DNA of 64,000 bases, taken from NCBI RefSeq assembly GCF_000143415.4, contig NW_003314264.1:1214584-1278583 (forward strand). The letters are read 5' to 3'. The notes below the pieces were generated by a model. The model was not told where the DNA came from and searched no databases. It was given only the letters and a program-made list of their open reading frames with translations. Position 1 is the stretch's first letter. The number at the start of each line of letters is the position of its first letter. This document shows positions 1-12,752 of the stretch, piece by piece. This DNA comes from Selaginella moellendorffii (Eukaryota; Plantae; Lycopodiophyta). The position numbers were made by a program, and so were the translations under genes.

Positions 1-1667
1 ATACTGACATTTTGTTGTCGTGGCAATAAAGAAAGAATATCCTAAAGGACTAGCGGACAGGTAACTTTCGATACCCAAAGTCACATTCATAACACTACCT
101 ACATGAGCCCACAACAAAGTTGGTAGAACTAGAAATCATTTAGCACAAGCCAGAGTGATTGATGATGGGGATGCCATGGCCTCTACAGCTCTCTATGGCT
201 GTTCTTCTAGCAACCCCGCAACAAAACCCGCAGTTAGTTCATGGCCATCTACCTACAAAGCCTAACACAATTGCAGTTTATGGCATATTTTCATGGTAGA
301 TACTATTGGCCAAAATCCCCACCTCATAAACCAAAACTGTGCAAGTTCTTTCTAGGCAGGGAAATTCATTCCTCCATTTCTCTAGAAGATGAAGATGACA
401 CCATCTTGTTCTAGTGTCCAAGACACTACTCATGCTAGAAATTCACCTCTAATACCATGTGAAGAGAAGCTAACCATTTCAGCCTAGTGCTATGAAGAAA
501 GAGAAAGCTCCAAGAATAAACATCTCAGATGGCTCTCACAAAACAGCAAAGAAAACTAAAAACCCTAAACTAAAGGAATGTGACTCAAGCCAGGTAGTTG
601 GCTCTAATAGTGTGGTGGGCGATTGTGGACAAGTGTGGTAGGCAATTGTGGACAGGATGGCCTTGGCACCACAGGTGGCTGCCACATTCTCTACTTTGAT
701 GGCTAACACATGGGAAGACCCTTGACTTATAGATAGGTTTGTACAAAACTATAAAATAGAAGTTGCTTAAACAAACAAACAAACAAACAAAAGTGTGGCT
801 GAGTTTTTTCTTTTTGTCTCTTGTGTTTATAATTGAGTTAAGAGTTAAAGTTAAGGGTGACTTTTTAAGTAATTTGGTTTCACACAAACCTTTAAGCTAA
901 GTATCAATGTATTTTTTCTTAAGAAGGATCAATTCACACATATATCCCTTATACTTACCTTTACCCTTAAACTTTAGAAATGCAAGTTAAGTGATCATTT
1001 AACTTGCCATTTTTCCTATAGGAGCAAGCTGCTTTATTGCTGCGAGAAGACCTGCTTGAGTGGGCTGCTAATCATGCAAGGTAGTGTACAGATCCAGCAC
1101 CGCCACTTGATCTTAACCTATCCAGCTCTCTCTTCCTCAATATGCTCCAATCACTCTTTCCCTAGATCCAGAGCTTTGGATCAAGGGATCTCTCACTAGA
1201 TCGAGCATCTGATGCCTCCATCACTTGCTAGATTCATCTTTAACTCTCTATCGTGGCTCCACTCTTGCACCTAAATGTTTTTGTGATGCCCAATGATCCG
1301 TGGAGGATCTTTGTGCAATGCCACAAAATTTTGTGAGAAATTTTAGGAGCAATCAAAATCCAACATGAATCGTGAGGTTTTAGAGCTTGGGAGATTGGGA
1401 GCTTGGACAATGTTTTAAAGATTAAATGTTAAGTACATGGGTACGAATCAAAACATTTCAAAGTAAACCTTTATATTAAATTTAAGTTTTAAACATAAGT
1501 ATATTTATAAAGTGTGTGTGCGAATTGAAAAACCTTAAAAACTTAAATAGAAAAACTTAGTAAATTTAAAGGTGACGGCTGGTGCGAAAGACCTCGGGCC
1601 GTCGGATGAAGATCGTGCGGTCCTGACGATCCTAGGGCGCCACTACGATAGGGTTTCAGGTAGCAAA

Positions 1668-4600
1668 ATGGACAAGGAATTGGCTAAGGTGCAGGCTCAA
1701 ATCGGGCATCTTGAGCCGCAGATCCAAGCGGCTGGGGATTCTTTTCTCTCTGCCTTTGAGAGTGGCAATCAATCTCTGCCGGAATATTGGCAGAAGGAGG
1801 AAGAGCAGCTGCGGAAGAAGGAAGAACAGCTGCGGAAGGAAAAAGAACAACTGCGGAAGGAAAAAGAGCAGCTGCGGAAGAAGGAACTCCTCCTCAAATG
1901 TACATTCTTTGTGTATTTATCTTTCCCCCTCGATTTGGGGCGTTTTGCTGTGTGTCGTGGATTATGTGTGGTTCCATGTGGCTATGGCTGCTTTCGGCCA
2001 TGGTTAAGGATTTTGCCTGAGGTAGCTTCAATTGGCTTTTATTTTGGGTTGCTGGAAGTGTGGCTATGGTGGCTTTTGGCTATGTTGACGCATGCTCCCT
2101 TGTGGATCCTTGGTCGTCCTTGCATGGCTATGGCTGTTGAGATCCTTGATTCTGTTGATAGTTTTTTCTTCCAGATCTAATACTAACTTTGTTTTGTTCT
2201 GAATGTTGCAGTGCGCGGATCTGGTAAGCATTTGCGAAAGCCCTTTGTTTCCTTGCACATGCATCCCCATTTTCTGTCCAGGTCTTGGTGTTTCTAGAGC
2301 GCCATGAAATCGGCGGATGTCTATAGGGTTGGATTTGGCCTTGGGTGCTGGTGTCTGGCTCATGGACTGTCTGTTCTAGTTCGGTGTCTTCTCTTTGGGA
2401 TGACTGTTATGTTTTTCGGCCTGACACAGTTCTGCTCACAAATCTGTGCGTTCCTCCAAAGCCCCCTTGTTTGCTTTTCATGTCTGACTTGTGTTTCACT
2501 TGGTCATTCCCTGATGCCTTTTCTTTCAAATTTCGTCGCTGCTATTCTGGTAGCCCTCTGTGATCTGTGTTGTGACCATAACGAGATGACTAACCGAGAA
2601 GGAGCTCTTTCTCCTCTCCCGCAGCAGCCTCTCTTTCACCCGGAGCAGCAGCAACTCTTTATCCCGGAGCTGCTCCACGCATGGTTAAGGATTTTTGCTT
2701 CCTGAATCTGTCTCTTTCTTGTGTTACTCTCTGTGTGGATATCTGGTAATCTCAGCATCCTTGTGGTCGTTCTCACTCCCTGTTCGATCCTGTTTGCCCT
2801 TTGGCTGTGTTTAATTCTGTGGCTATTCCTCCGTAAACTATAATGTGCCTCTCACAGCACCAGCGCCACCACCAGCGGGACTTCCTCGAGCCGATTTTGA
2901 CGTGCCTGGTAAGAATGATGTCTAGGGGACTGAATCCCATAATTTTTTGTGTCAGACATGATCGCCTGGGCCAAGAAGCTGGACGAGAACCTGACCACAG
3001 ATTTTGCTGGCGATGACATTGACTGGACAAGCCATGCGACTTTTCGGGAGCTTCATACTCCCGCTTTCTCTGGAATGGATGGCAGTAAAACATACATGTA
3101 CATGGGTCGTTCACTCTTCACGGAGATAAAAAGTTTCGTATCTGCCTTGAGACACGGACCTCCAGGTGTTATTACTGGAACTCTGGGGTCTGGGAAGACC
3201 ACTGCTCTTGCTACTGTGGCTGGACATCTTCGGCAACTTTGGAAGAACACCTCCAAGAAGGTCGTCTTTATCAATGGCGAAGATTTCGTCGACAATCCCT
3301 TGAGGACAATGTGGCTGGCTCTTTTGCTGAGCTACATAGACGACCTTCCAGCCGAGCTTTCGTGCCGGGGGTGGACCTTGAAAGTATTAGAATCTTGGAT
3401 CCTGTCGAGATCGTCAGAGCAGCTTTACTTCCAGGCCAACGCGTTTGACACCACGCTGAAGAGAAAACCGGGGGATGCCAGCGCGGAAAGAAGAGACGAG
3501 GCTTACCATTCTATGAGGACGATGCAACTGCAGTACGTCGTTGTCTACTGCTCGTCCGTCGGACCTCTGTGGAGGAGCAGATTAGTGAGCGACAAGAGCC
3601 AGCCGTACATGTTAGTCACAGGTGGTTACAGCGTAAGTAGCGACTACTTTCCAACGCTGGTGTGGGACTAACTTGTGTGCTTTTCGTTTTATCCAACAGG
3701 CTGAAGAACTGCATGCATATTGCGAACACGAGATTCGTCGTGCCGGGCAGCTCCAAGTGGTAGTGTTTGCTGTTTCTTCCTTTAAAGCCTACTAATGGTT
3801 TGGAGTAGGAGGATCCAATTGTGGCGTATTGCAGGTTTCGCACAAGGCAAGAACACCGGAAGTTGAATAAGCGCATTAAGGTAAATGAAATGTGTGATTT
3901 TACGGCTTACCGACGCGATGAAGCAGGTTGATGGATCTGAAGAGCAGCTGAATTTGTCCGACATGCAGCTCTGCTCGGAATTCGAAAGTGACACTGGCTG
4001 GGTTCCCAGGCTTGTCGCTCATTACGGGACCATGAAGCTACAGGACACGTACGAGATGTACGAAGCTGGCGTGGAAGAGTATCTCCAAGAGGCGGTCAAG
4101 GACCGATATCGCTGGAATTTCTTCATCGATGTGGTCGGCGGAGTGGAAACGATTAGAAGGGTGTTGCCAGACGCGCTAGACACTCGATGCTTCTACGTGG
4201 ATCCAGAGACACAAACAGGAAAATGTCTATCAGATTCTCTGCGTGCACGCACTATGGCGCTCATCACCGAGACTCTGGAGTACACGTCCGACATTGAGGC
4301 TAGGATGGGTATCGGCCAATGGACAAGGCTGATCTCGCAGGACGACAACAGTGCTCGGGTTGGGTGGAACGCAGAAATGGCAACTCTAATTTTCATCAAA
4401 CACTATGGTATCGTTATTGACGCGGATGGTCTGCAGCTTAACTTCAAACCTGAAGTGGTTGTCAGATTCGAAGTTGATTTCTCCCCCGTTTTGCTGAAAA
4501 CCGGCAAGGTTTCTCGCTTCTTCCTACCTGTGAAGTTCAACCACCTGGGAGTTGATTGCCTTGGAGAAAACAAGAAGGTCGTGTTGGGGGTGCAAATAGC

Positions 4601-5021
4601 GACTGCGGTGGACACGGTATTGAAGCATGGAAATACGCTCTCGCGATTTTTGGAGATGACAAAAGGTGACGTGCGAGAGAAGGTTCTTGTCTGGATCTTG
4701 GCAGTAGACAGTGCTGACAAGATATGGATACGCAATGGCATGGGTTACAAGGAGGTGTTCATTTCTTTTGGCCATTTGAGTAAACTGCTGGAAGTCATCG
4801 ATGTTGCATGCTGCAGGTTGCATCTTGAGAGTAGCAAGAACGTCAAGGTGGCAAGCAACCCTGAAGAAGCTAAAGTTGAGGTGGAGGAGTTGAGAAAGCT
4901 TGGTCGGTGTGGTTCTTTGAGCACGGGAAGTGGAAATCCGTGTCGGCGTTTTTGTGGTGCCCAGCCATATTGCCATCACCATGATAAGGGTAGTTATCCA
5001 CCTATACCCATATATATATGA
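1668..5021 (+). CDS. Crinkler/RHS-like (CR) protein: coiled-coil header, P-loop NTPase, C-terminal PD-(D/E)xK-like nuclease and small Cys/His finger; multi-exon
   Basis: Exon 1 (ATG 1668 to about 1899) has heptad EQLRK(K/E) repeats. ORF 2949-3671 has Walker A ITGTLGSGKTT. ORF 3885-5021 has PVKFNHLGVDCL...VLGVQIA (REase-like D...Q motif) and ends CGSLSTGSGNPCRRFCGAQPYCHHH. GT-AG introns link the pieces; the exon model is approximate. Confidence 0.6.
1799..1884 (+). repeat. 21-bp coding tandem repeat (about 4 copies) encoding a heptad coiled coil
   Basis: gaagagcagctgcggaagaag-type unit repeated; translation EEQLRKKEEQLRKEKEQLRKEKEQLRKKE. Confidence 0.9.
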
Positions 5022-5599
5022 TTTCAAATTTTTTAAGGGTAGAAATATACTTTACTCAAGGGTATATTATATTTTTAAGTAGCTACTAATTAATAGGAAT
5101 CAAACTTGTGCCATTTTCTTTAATACCAAATATAACACACCTTATCTCTCCCCCCTTAAGCCAACTGAAAAAGGAGCAATTGATTAATAAAAGAAACCTT
5201 AGTAACTTATTTTTCCCCCAAAAGGTTCTAAGAATCCACGGTGATAGTATATTCAAATTTCATCCCATGATCACATGCACTATAATTATCATATTAATCC
5301 ATGGCTTTTCACAAGAGTACCTTCCAAGATAAAGCCATTGCATTTGAGTTAATGTCTAAGGAATTGCAACATAACATCTCATCTTTACTTTTGTTAAAAG
5401 AATAATTTGTTTTATTGATATTCTTGGTGAAATAAAGAATATCCCTTCTCTGAAAGGTGGGAATGCTAAATTGTTTCAATAGTATTGCAAGCCTTAGACA
5501 ATTTTGCAGCTCTTTCTTACACTTTAAACATGCTAGCTAATTCAAAGATTCATTCAATGTTCTATATAAGTAAACTTAAAACATGTTTTAAAGATTGAT

Positions 5600-5790
5600 G
5601 CTAAAAAGGTTAATCTAACCAAAATTCTTATTCAAAGGTTGATGAAGACATGTTATAAGATAACTTAGGAGTTGTTAGTTCAATGGAATGACTATTCTTT
5701 GGATGAGGCTATATAAAAAGCTAAAATAACATAAAGAGTGTTTTAAAGTGTTGGTTATGACTTAGAGGGAGAATTGAGTTTAATATGTCA
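5600..5790 (+). mobile_element. Highly degenerate chromodomain-like remnant of a Ty3/gypsy element
   Basis: About 5669-5716 translates ELLVQWNDYSLDEAI* (compare chromodomain YLVKW.G....E.TWE), followed by a purine tract gagggagaa. Confidence 0.3.
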
Positions 5791-6699
5791 AAAGCTCATT
5801 GTTGAGAGAAGGGGAGATGACAAATTTTTATAATCTTTTTTCTATAGCTATTTTGCTTTGGACTCCTTTGATGTGAGGCTTATTTAGCTTCTCAAGGCTG
5901 TTGTTTATGAAGAGGGAAAAATGATATAAACCATAAGAAAAATTTAAGAATATTCTATAAGTTAAGGTAGCAATATTATGTTTTTGCTGAAGTGTTAAGG
6001 ATTTTGACTCTACAAAGTTGAGATAGATGCCATATTAGTTGTCTATTAGTTGAAGTTAAACATCTTCTCACATATATGAGCCAAAAGTTTAATGCCACAT
6101 AGTAGAATTGGTTTACTTAAGACAAAAAGTTATATATTGTAATTATTATTGTGAAAGAATAGTGATATTATCTATATAAATTGGACTTCCATATGAATTC
6201 AGACTAGGTTAGATCATAGCATTCTTCCTTCCACTTTTAAGTCCCAAGAAATGAGAACATTCTTTAATATTCCAATTCACAAAATATCCTTTATGCCCAA
6301 AATGTTCCTTACTAACCATATGTTCATGGCTCAAAAGGGCCACATAACGACCCATGCAGCTGATTCTCATCTCTGAATTATGATAGCAAAAGAGAATGCT
6401 ATTGAAAAAAAGCTTACCTCCATTTTGCCTCTTGAAGTATCATCCCCATCATCTCCTCGCCTAATAGAGGACTTATCAAAACTTTGTTTTTGTTTCTATT
6501 TACCTTGAGAGTTCAGTTCCTGCAGATCATTGCATTCGACCCATTCAAGCATCAAAAACGCCCATTCGAGATCTCTGGAGTCATGTAAACGGATGTGTTT
6601 CTGGTGTCCATAGCCAACTATCATCTCATTGTAAGAAGAAAGGGTTTTAATCAGAGCCTCGTCAAAGTACTCCTTTGTGGCGGATAGATGCCTCTTTTG

Positions 6700-6830
6700 G
6701 GCAAATGCAGTATTTTCTGGGAGAATTCATTGGGCTTCAAAATGGTTTCAAACACCGTGAGTGCGTCATTGAGGCCGCCACACTTGTCATACATTTGCAT
6801 GAGAAGAAAAGTGAAGTGTTGTGGGGGCGA
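6700..6830 (-). pseudogene. PPR gene remnant
   Basis: Minus-strand translation LLMQMYDKCGGLNDALTVFETILKPNEFS resembles the PLS-PPR motif MYGKCGSL.DA..VF..I..PNVFSW; no extended PPR ORF. Confidence 0.55.
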
Positions 6831-6871
6831 AATTGTGGACATTTCAAAAGGAAGAAGGATTTGTAGAAAAT

Positions 6872-6935
6872 TTATGCGATTCGAACCCACGCCCTCCCGG
6901 ATTGGAGCATACATCCAACACCTTAAGCTGTCATG
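6872..6935 (-). pseudogene. Degenerate tRNA-Leu-like pseudogene
   Basis: Plus strand gattcgaacccacgccctcccggattggagcatacatccaacacctta parallels the reverse complement of the T arm, long variable arm and anticodon arm of tRNA-Leu (compare 19764-19847); acceptor and D arms are decayed. Confidence 0.55.
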
Positions 6936-7127
6936 GATGGAATCAACGGCTGGCCATCTGCCAGGTGGACTGGGATGGTAACATTTAATGCTTCGTTTGC
7001 TTGCTTGGTGCGCGTTTGCACGTTCCTGCCTCCAGGGTTTGGCGGCCAACGATCGATATCCTAGGTTATCCTTCTCTCAAGCAATGGATTGATTCGCGAC
7101 ACGGCGGCGGCAATCGATTGATCGGCG

Positions 7128-10100
7128 ATGGAGCTAGGTAGTCTGGGCCAGGTTCTTGACCGGATCGACAGGATTTCCAGCGCGCCGCTGGGGATGCTGT
7201 CCAAGCGCGAGTGCATCCGGAGATTTGTGGGATTTTGCGAGCGGCTCCAGCCGATTCTAGAGCAATTGGATGCTGGGCAGGACGTGGAATTGCCAGTGAC
7301 GATGGCGACGGCGCTGGTTGGGATTGGAAGGGAGCTCCAGAGGGCTGAGTCGGTTCTAGAGGCTTACAAGGAGAGGAGCCAGTTTTTCGTTCTCACGCAT
7401 TGCCTCGCGCTGACCAAGACCATGGAAGACTTGACCCAGAGTCTTGGGAAGTGGATCTCTTTACTAAATTGTGGTGGATTGTCGGAGCTTAAGCGGAGGA
7501 TAGAAGACCTTTCCACGGAGATGCAACACGCTAGATTCTACGTAAGTTTTTTTTTTTTTTCCTCTTCCTCTTCTTTGGTTTGTTGACTTTGAGATCTATG
7601 TTTTCTTTGTCTAGGTGACTGATGCCGAGAAAAGCTCTCTTGACGCTCTAGAAAAGGAGGTCAAGTATGACTTTCTCATCGTGGGAGTTCTCTGGAGAGA
7701 CCTCGCGCGGCTGATTGGAGTAGAGCCGACAAATTCTCGAGCATTAGAAGAGCAAGTCCAGCTTTTGAAGAAGGAGGTGACGATGGTCGATGTCAGCATG
7801 GATCGAGAGCTTGATCAGATGCGGAACATTCTCAAGATCGTGGAGCAAGTTACTGCCGAGCCGCAGCTCACACGGATGTATAGCTACAAGGAGTCTGCTG
7901 AAGAGGAGCCTCTGCAACCGTTCGAGTCGTTCGTGTGTCCGCTGACGAAGCAGATCATGAAGGATCCGGTTATGATCCAGTCGGAGCTGACTTACGAGCG
8001 CAGCGCGATTGAGAGATGGTTCAAAACCTGCGCTGAAGAGGGACGATCCGTGACTTGCCCGGCCACTGGTGTGCTGCTGGCATCCACGGAGATGAGAAGC
8101 AACATCATGCTGAGGCATACCATCGAGGAATGGTGCCAGAGGAACGCTAGGATACGAATTCACAAGGCGTTGTCTCAACTCTCGAAGAGCTCCTCCATGA
8201 AGAGTTTGGCGGGTGTGGAGGAAGCCTTGGATAGCATTCTTAAGGTTTGTGGGGACGGGCCGGTGACTCAGTACAGGCTTGGAAAATCTCACTTTACTTC
8301 CTCGGTGCTGGAATTTTGGAGGAAGAGGGTGGCGGGTGGTTCACAAGTTCGAACGAAGGCGCTGTATATTTTGCAACGAATTGCTGCTGACGACATCGAC
8401 AGTCAAGTAAGTTTCTTTCCTCTTTTCTTTCTCCATGTTTGATGGATATTTCTTTAGGAGTGTTTGGTTGAAGCAGGAGTATTGAAGGCCGCCGTGAGAA
8501 GCCTTTCGAGCAGCCACGTTTACGAGGTGGAGGGTGCTCTCAAGCTTTTGCTAGAGATATCAAAGAAGCCAGAGTTTGCAAAGCTGATTGGCAAAGAGAA
8601 AGGAGCGCTCATTCATCTTCTCGGCATTTCTTCGAACTCTTCGGGAAACGCTTCCCTATCGGTCCTTGCGGACAGGACGTTAAGAAATCTGGAACAAATA
8701 GATTCAAACGTTTGGGAGATGGCTGAGGCTGGGCGGCTTGAGCCATTGATCACACGCCTTTGCAAAGGTACTGATAGTAGTTTACATAATTGTTACTCAT
8801 GGCTGATTGTTTTGCTACAGGACCAGAAGCTACAAAGATCGAAATGGCCGAGTATCTCGCAGAGAAGATATTTGTCAACAGCCAGAAAGAGTTTGTCGCC
8901 AGGAAAGCAGGAAAAGTTCTTGTTCATATGCTATCAGCCAATTCCATGCAAAAAGAGGCGGCCATAGGTGCGCTGCTGAACCTCTCATCCCTGGAAGAGA
9001 ACGTTCCAGTTCTAGTGAAAGCTGGCATACTGCTCCCAGTGGTTGAAATCATCCTCTCAGTTCCAACTTCATCGAATCGCTTGCGAGGAAATTCGAAGGA
9101 ACAGGCTGCGACGACACTAGCCAACGTCGTCGCCGTCGCCGGCAGCTGGGAGACAGTGCAGATCGACTCCGAAGGGAATTTAGTCCAGTCGGAGTACTTT
9201 GTGCACAGACTCCTGGGGCTCTTGTCATCGGTTGGGCCAGATTGGAACAGCAAGCTCCTGAAAATTCTTATTGGAGTCGCTTCATCACCACAAGCCGCAG
9301 GTAATGTTCTTCTTTTTTCCATCCTTCCGCGATCCATCTTGACATAGTTTATGTTTTTGCCGACAGATAATGCTGTCAAGCACGTCGTCACTGGAAACGG
9401 CATCGCCATTATCCTCACTCTTCTCCAAACCAGCGATGACGCGCATCGGCAACATCTTCTCAGCTTACTTAGTGTTCTTTCGGTCAGAGCCGGCAGAGAG
9501 ATAAGTCAAGCCATCGCTGAAACCAGGCACCTCCAGAGCCTTAAAGAGATAGTCAAGCTCAAGAACGCCGAGGAGAGCATCTTTGCCGCGTCCATCATCG
9601 CCAACATTCCTCTCACAGAGCACGAGACGATCAACTTCCTCGGCCTGGAGATGATAAGCTGGAGTCTGGCCACTATCGAAGAGCTCAAAACGCGAAGAAT
9701 GGGATCAGCTCGCGTGACTTCATCCATGCTGGAGGCCCTGCTGGGAGTGCTTCTTCACTTTACTCGCTGCCGGGACTCTCAAGCGATCGACGCGATGAAG
9801 CAAAGCAAGCTCTTCTCGCAATTCAAGCAGGTACTGCAGCTCCATCAAGGCCGGGCTTGGGTGGCGAAGCAACGAGCAGCCACTGGACTCGGGTACTTGT
9901 CCGAGAGAGGCCTGATTCTATCCCCAGAGGTGATGGCAAGCTCAAGCTTCAGGAGGAAAAACAACTGGATGGACAACCTTTTCTCGTGCTTCTCCTCGAA
10001 GAACTCGTCGCTGGATCAGGCCATTCTCGCCGACTCGGTGTGTTCGATCCACAAGAGACGGTGTGATCCCGACGCCAACTTTTGCCTGCGAGAGGCCGGA

Positions 10101-10499
10101 GCCATCGGCCTGCTCGTGGAGCTGCTCGAGGAGGACGAAGAGCAAGCCTCTGTCCAGATCGCAGCGGTAGAAGCTCTCTCGACGCTGGTTAGCAGTGACA
10201 GCCTCGTGGAGGCCGGAGTCCGCGAGATCTCGAGAGCGAGGGGAGTGGCGGCGTTCATGAAGTGGTTCCAGACGCAGCGATCCGGGGAAGCGCAGGAGAA
10301 GGGAGCGTTCCTGGTGGAGAGGATCCTCCGGGTGGAAGAACACGCGCGGCTCTACTCGCTGGATCAGGGGCTGATCCGGGCGCTGGTGGAAGTTTTCAAG
10401 CATGGGAGGAATGGAGCTCGGAAGAACGCCGAGGCGGCGCTGGCTCACACCGATATGCTGTCGGTGGTCAGCGGGAAATCTAGCAAAAATCGCAGGTAA
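7128..10499 (+). CDS. U-box/ARM-repeat E3 ubiquitin ligase (PUB42/43/44-SAUL1-like), 5 exons
   Basis: U-box PFESFVCPLTKQIMKDPV...TYERSAIERWF...CPATG; ARM repeats; C-terminal CSIHKRRCDPDANFCLREAGAI typical of the SAUL1 class. Exons about 7128-7541, 7615-8406, 8458-8768, 8821-9300, 9367-10499. Confidence 0.92.
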
Positions 10500-10514
10500 C
10501 CACTTTTTATGTTT

Positions 10515-10930
10515 TCTTCTAGATGGATGATCTCTTTGTCTCGAGATCTTAGTTTCTTCCAGGATCATGAGATCTCTTCGTGTAAATTCCTGTGGCTATA
10601 CGATCATACTAAGCTCTTTCAGATGATCTTGCGAGTCTTATTTACTCTTTTTTAGGTCAAAACGTGATCGTACATAAGTCACAAGAATTTACACGATGAT
10701 CCTGGATGAACTATCTCGAGACAAAGAGATCATCTAAATCAAGGAAAACGATCCTCGTTTTGATAAAAAAAAAAGAGAGGAAATAAGACCCGCAAGAACT
10801 TAGTATGACAAGAATTTACACGAAGAGATGAAGAAACAATCTCGTGACAAAGAGATCATCTAAAAGATCCTATCACGAAAGAGAAGAGTCGTACACTTTT
10901 TTTTTTGGATCAAAACGAGGATCTTTTGTC
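10515..10930. repeat. Complex inverted-repeat (fold-back) region downstream of the U-box gene
   Basis: gatgatctctttgtctcgagat (about 10527) has reverse-complement copies at about 10713 and 10839. cttcgtgtaaattc (about 10577) pairs with gaatttacacgaag (about 10812). aaaacgatcctcgttttgat (about 10746) is inverted at about 10908. Confidence 0.85.
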
Positions 10931-11368
10931 GACCGTGTCATAACGGGCGGATTTGTTTGTTTGATGGGAAGATTGCCAAGAAACGCGCGGGATTGACGAA
11001 GCACGCGAAGAGAATTAGGGCAAGAGAGAGGAAAAGAGAGGAGGATCGACGATCATCACAGGGATCACGCGGCGGCGGCGGCGGAGAAATGCGTGGCTGC
11101 CGCCATGAATGAGCGGTGCTGCTGCTGCTTCTTGCCGTGTTTCTTGGATGTTTCTCCCGTGAGGAGGGAATGCCGCGGCTGGGGATGCGCTTCATCGCGA
11201 TCCAAGCTTGGATCCCCGGATTGTTCATCTGGTTCGATTGATTTCTCCAGTTCTTGATCGCCAGGGCCGATCAATTGCTGTGATGCGATGCGCCGAAGCG
11301 TGCTTCTAGCGGGACCATGATATTAGAGGTGGATTTCTTCTCTCCCTTTCTTTAATTTTAGTTTGGCT

Positions 11369-12619
11369 ATGGTTGTCCAGGATGGTGGCAAATCGTTCCT
11401 GCGCGTGAACCTTGTGTGGAAGCTCGTGATCCTCTTCGTTGCTGGAGTGCTTGGAGTCTACCTCTTCCTTTCGCGAGCCGACCATGGCCTGAGCTACCAT
11501 AGCCTGAGGCTTGATCCGCTTCTACAAGCCTGGAGAAAGGAGGATTTCTGCCCCCAGCGATTCGCCAAGCTTGAGTTTGCACAGCACTATCCCAGGCCCA
11601 AGACATACTCCAGGTAGAGTAGAGCCTTGCTTTCCTTTCTTCGATTCGATTGAACGCTTTGTTTTGTGATGTTCTTCCTTCCTTCCAGGGGCGAATGCGC
11701 TTGTACTCCTGTGCACAACTTTGTCATCCTGTCCACGCAGCGATCCGGAAGTGGATGGTTTGAGACTCTGCTAAACAGTCACCCCAACATCACCTCGCAT
11801 GGCGAGATTTTTTCCGTTCGTCCGCGACGCCACAACTTCTCCATTGTTTCGCACACTCTCGACGCTCTGTACAATCTCGACTGGCACAACAGCGCTTCGA
11901 AGAACTCGTGCACGTCGGTGGTGGGCTTTAAGTGGATGCTAAACCAGGTAACCTGGTAGTAATGCTGTGTTTATCTCTCTTGCTAACTTGGTGTGATCTC
12001 CAGGGTGCTATGGAGTATCGCAGCGAGGTTTCGAGCTACTTCAAGAGACGAGGCGTTTCGGTGATTCTTCTCATTCGCCGGAATGGACTCAAGCGTCTCA
12101 TCTCCATCCTCGCTAATGCCTACGATCGCAGGCAGCCAATGAATGGAACTCACGTCTCACACGTCCACTCTGAAGAGGCGGTACGAGCAATAAGATCTCC
12201 TGGCTTTGCTGAAACGATCTCTCGCTTTTGCAGGCCGATCTCCTCGCGTCTTACAAGCCGACCGTCGACGTCGCATTCCTGAAGAACAACTTGGATCGCT
12301 ACGACCTCATGATCAAGAACGCGCTCTGCGCTTTCGAGGGCACCCGCTTGCTGGTCATTTACTACGAGGACTTTGTCAAGAATCGAAAGGTAACTCTTGC
12401 TACTTCTTTCTCTGCCGATCTTCATCTTGGATCAAACTCCAGGAGATGCAACGAACCGTCCAGGAGTTTTTGAGCGTTCCAGTGATGAGGCTGCGAAGCA
12501 GGCAATGGAAGATCCACCGGGGGCCACTCTCGCAGTCGGTAACCAACTGGAAGGAAGTTTTCCGGGAGCTCAATGGAACTTCATACCAGGGGTTTCTCGC
12601 CGACGACGACTATAGCTGA
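11369..12619 (+). CDS. Nodulation protein H-like (Stf0/NodH) sulfotransferase-family type II membrane protein, 5 exons
   Basis: N-terminal TM helix; FVILSTQRSGSGWFETLLNSHPNITSHGEIF (PAPS-binding loop); VGFKWMLNQ; YYEDF; KIHRGPLSQSVTNW. Confidence 0.88.
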
Positions 12620-12752
12620 TAGGAAAAATTCGTTGTATTCTTTTCTCCCCATCCATCGATCTAACCTTTGCTGTAAAGAAATTTCTGTCGATAGTTCTAA
12701 AGCCATAATGGTTAAGTCTTAAGCACTCTTTTCTTTTTCAATTTTTAGGGCT

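Noticed and set aside
1-1560. AT-rich region with an (AAAC)n microsatellite and short ORFs
   Set aside because: No supportable gene or element boundaries.
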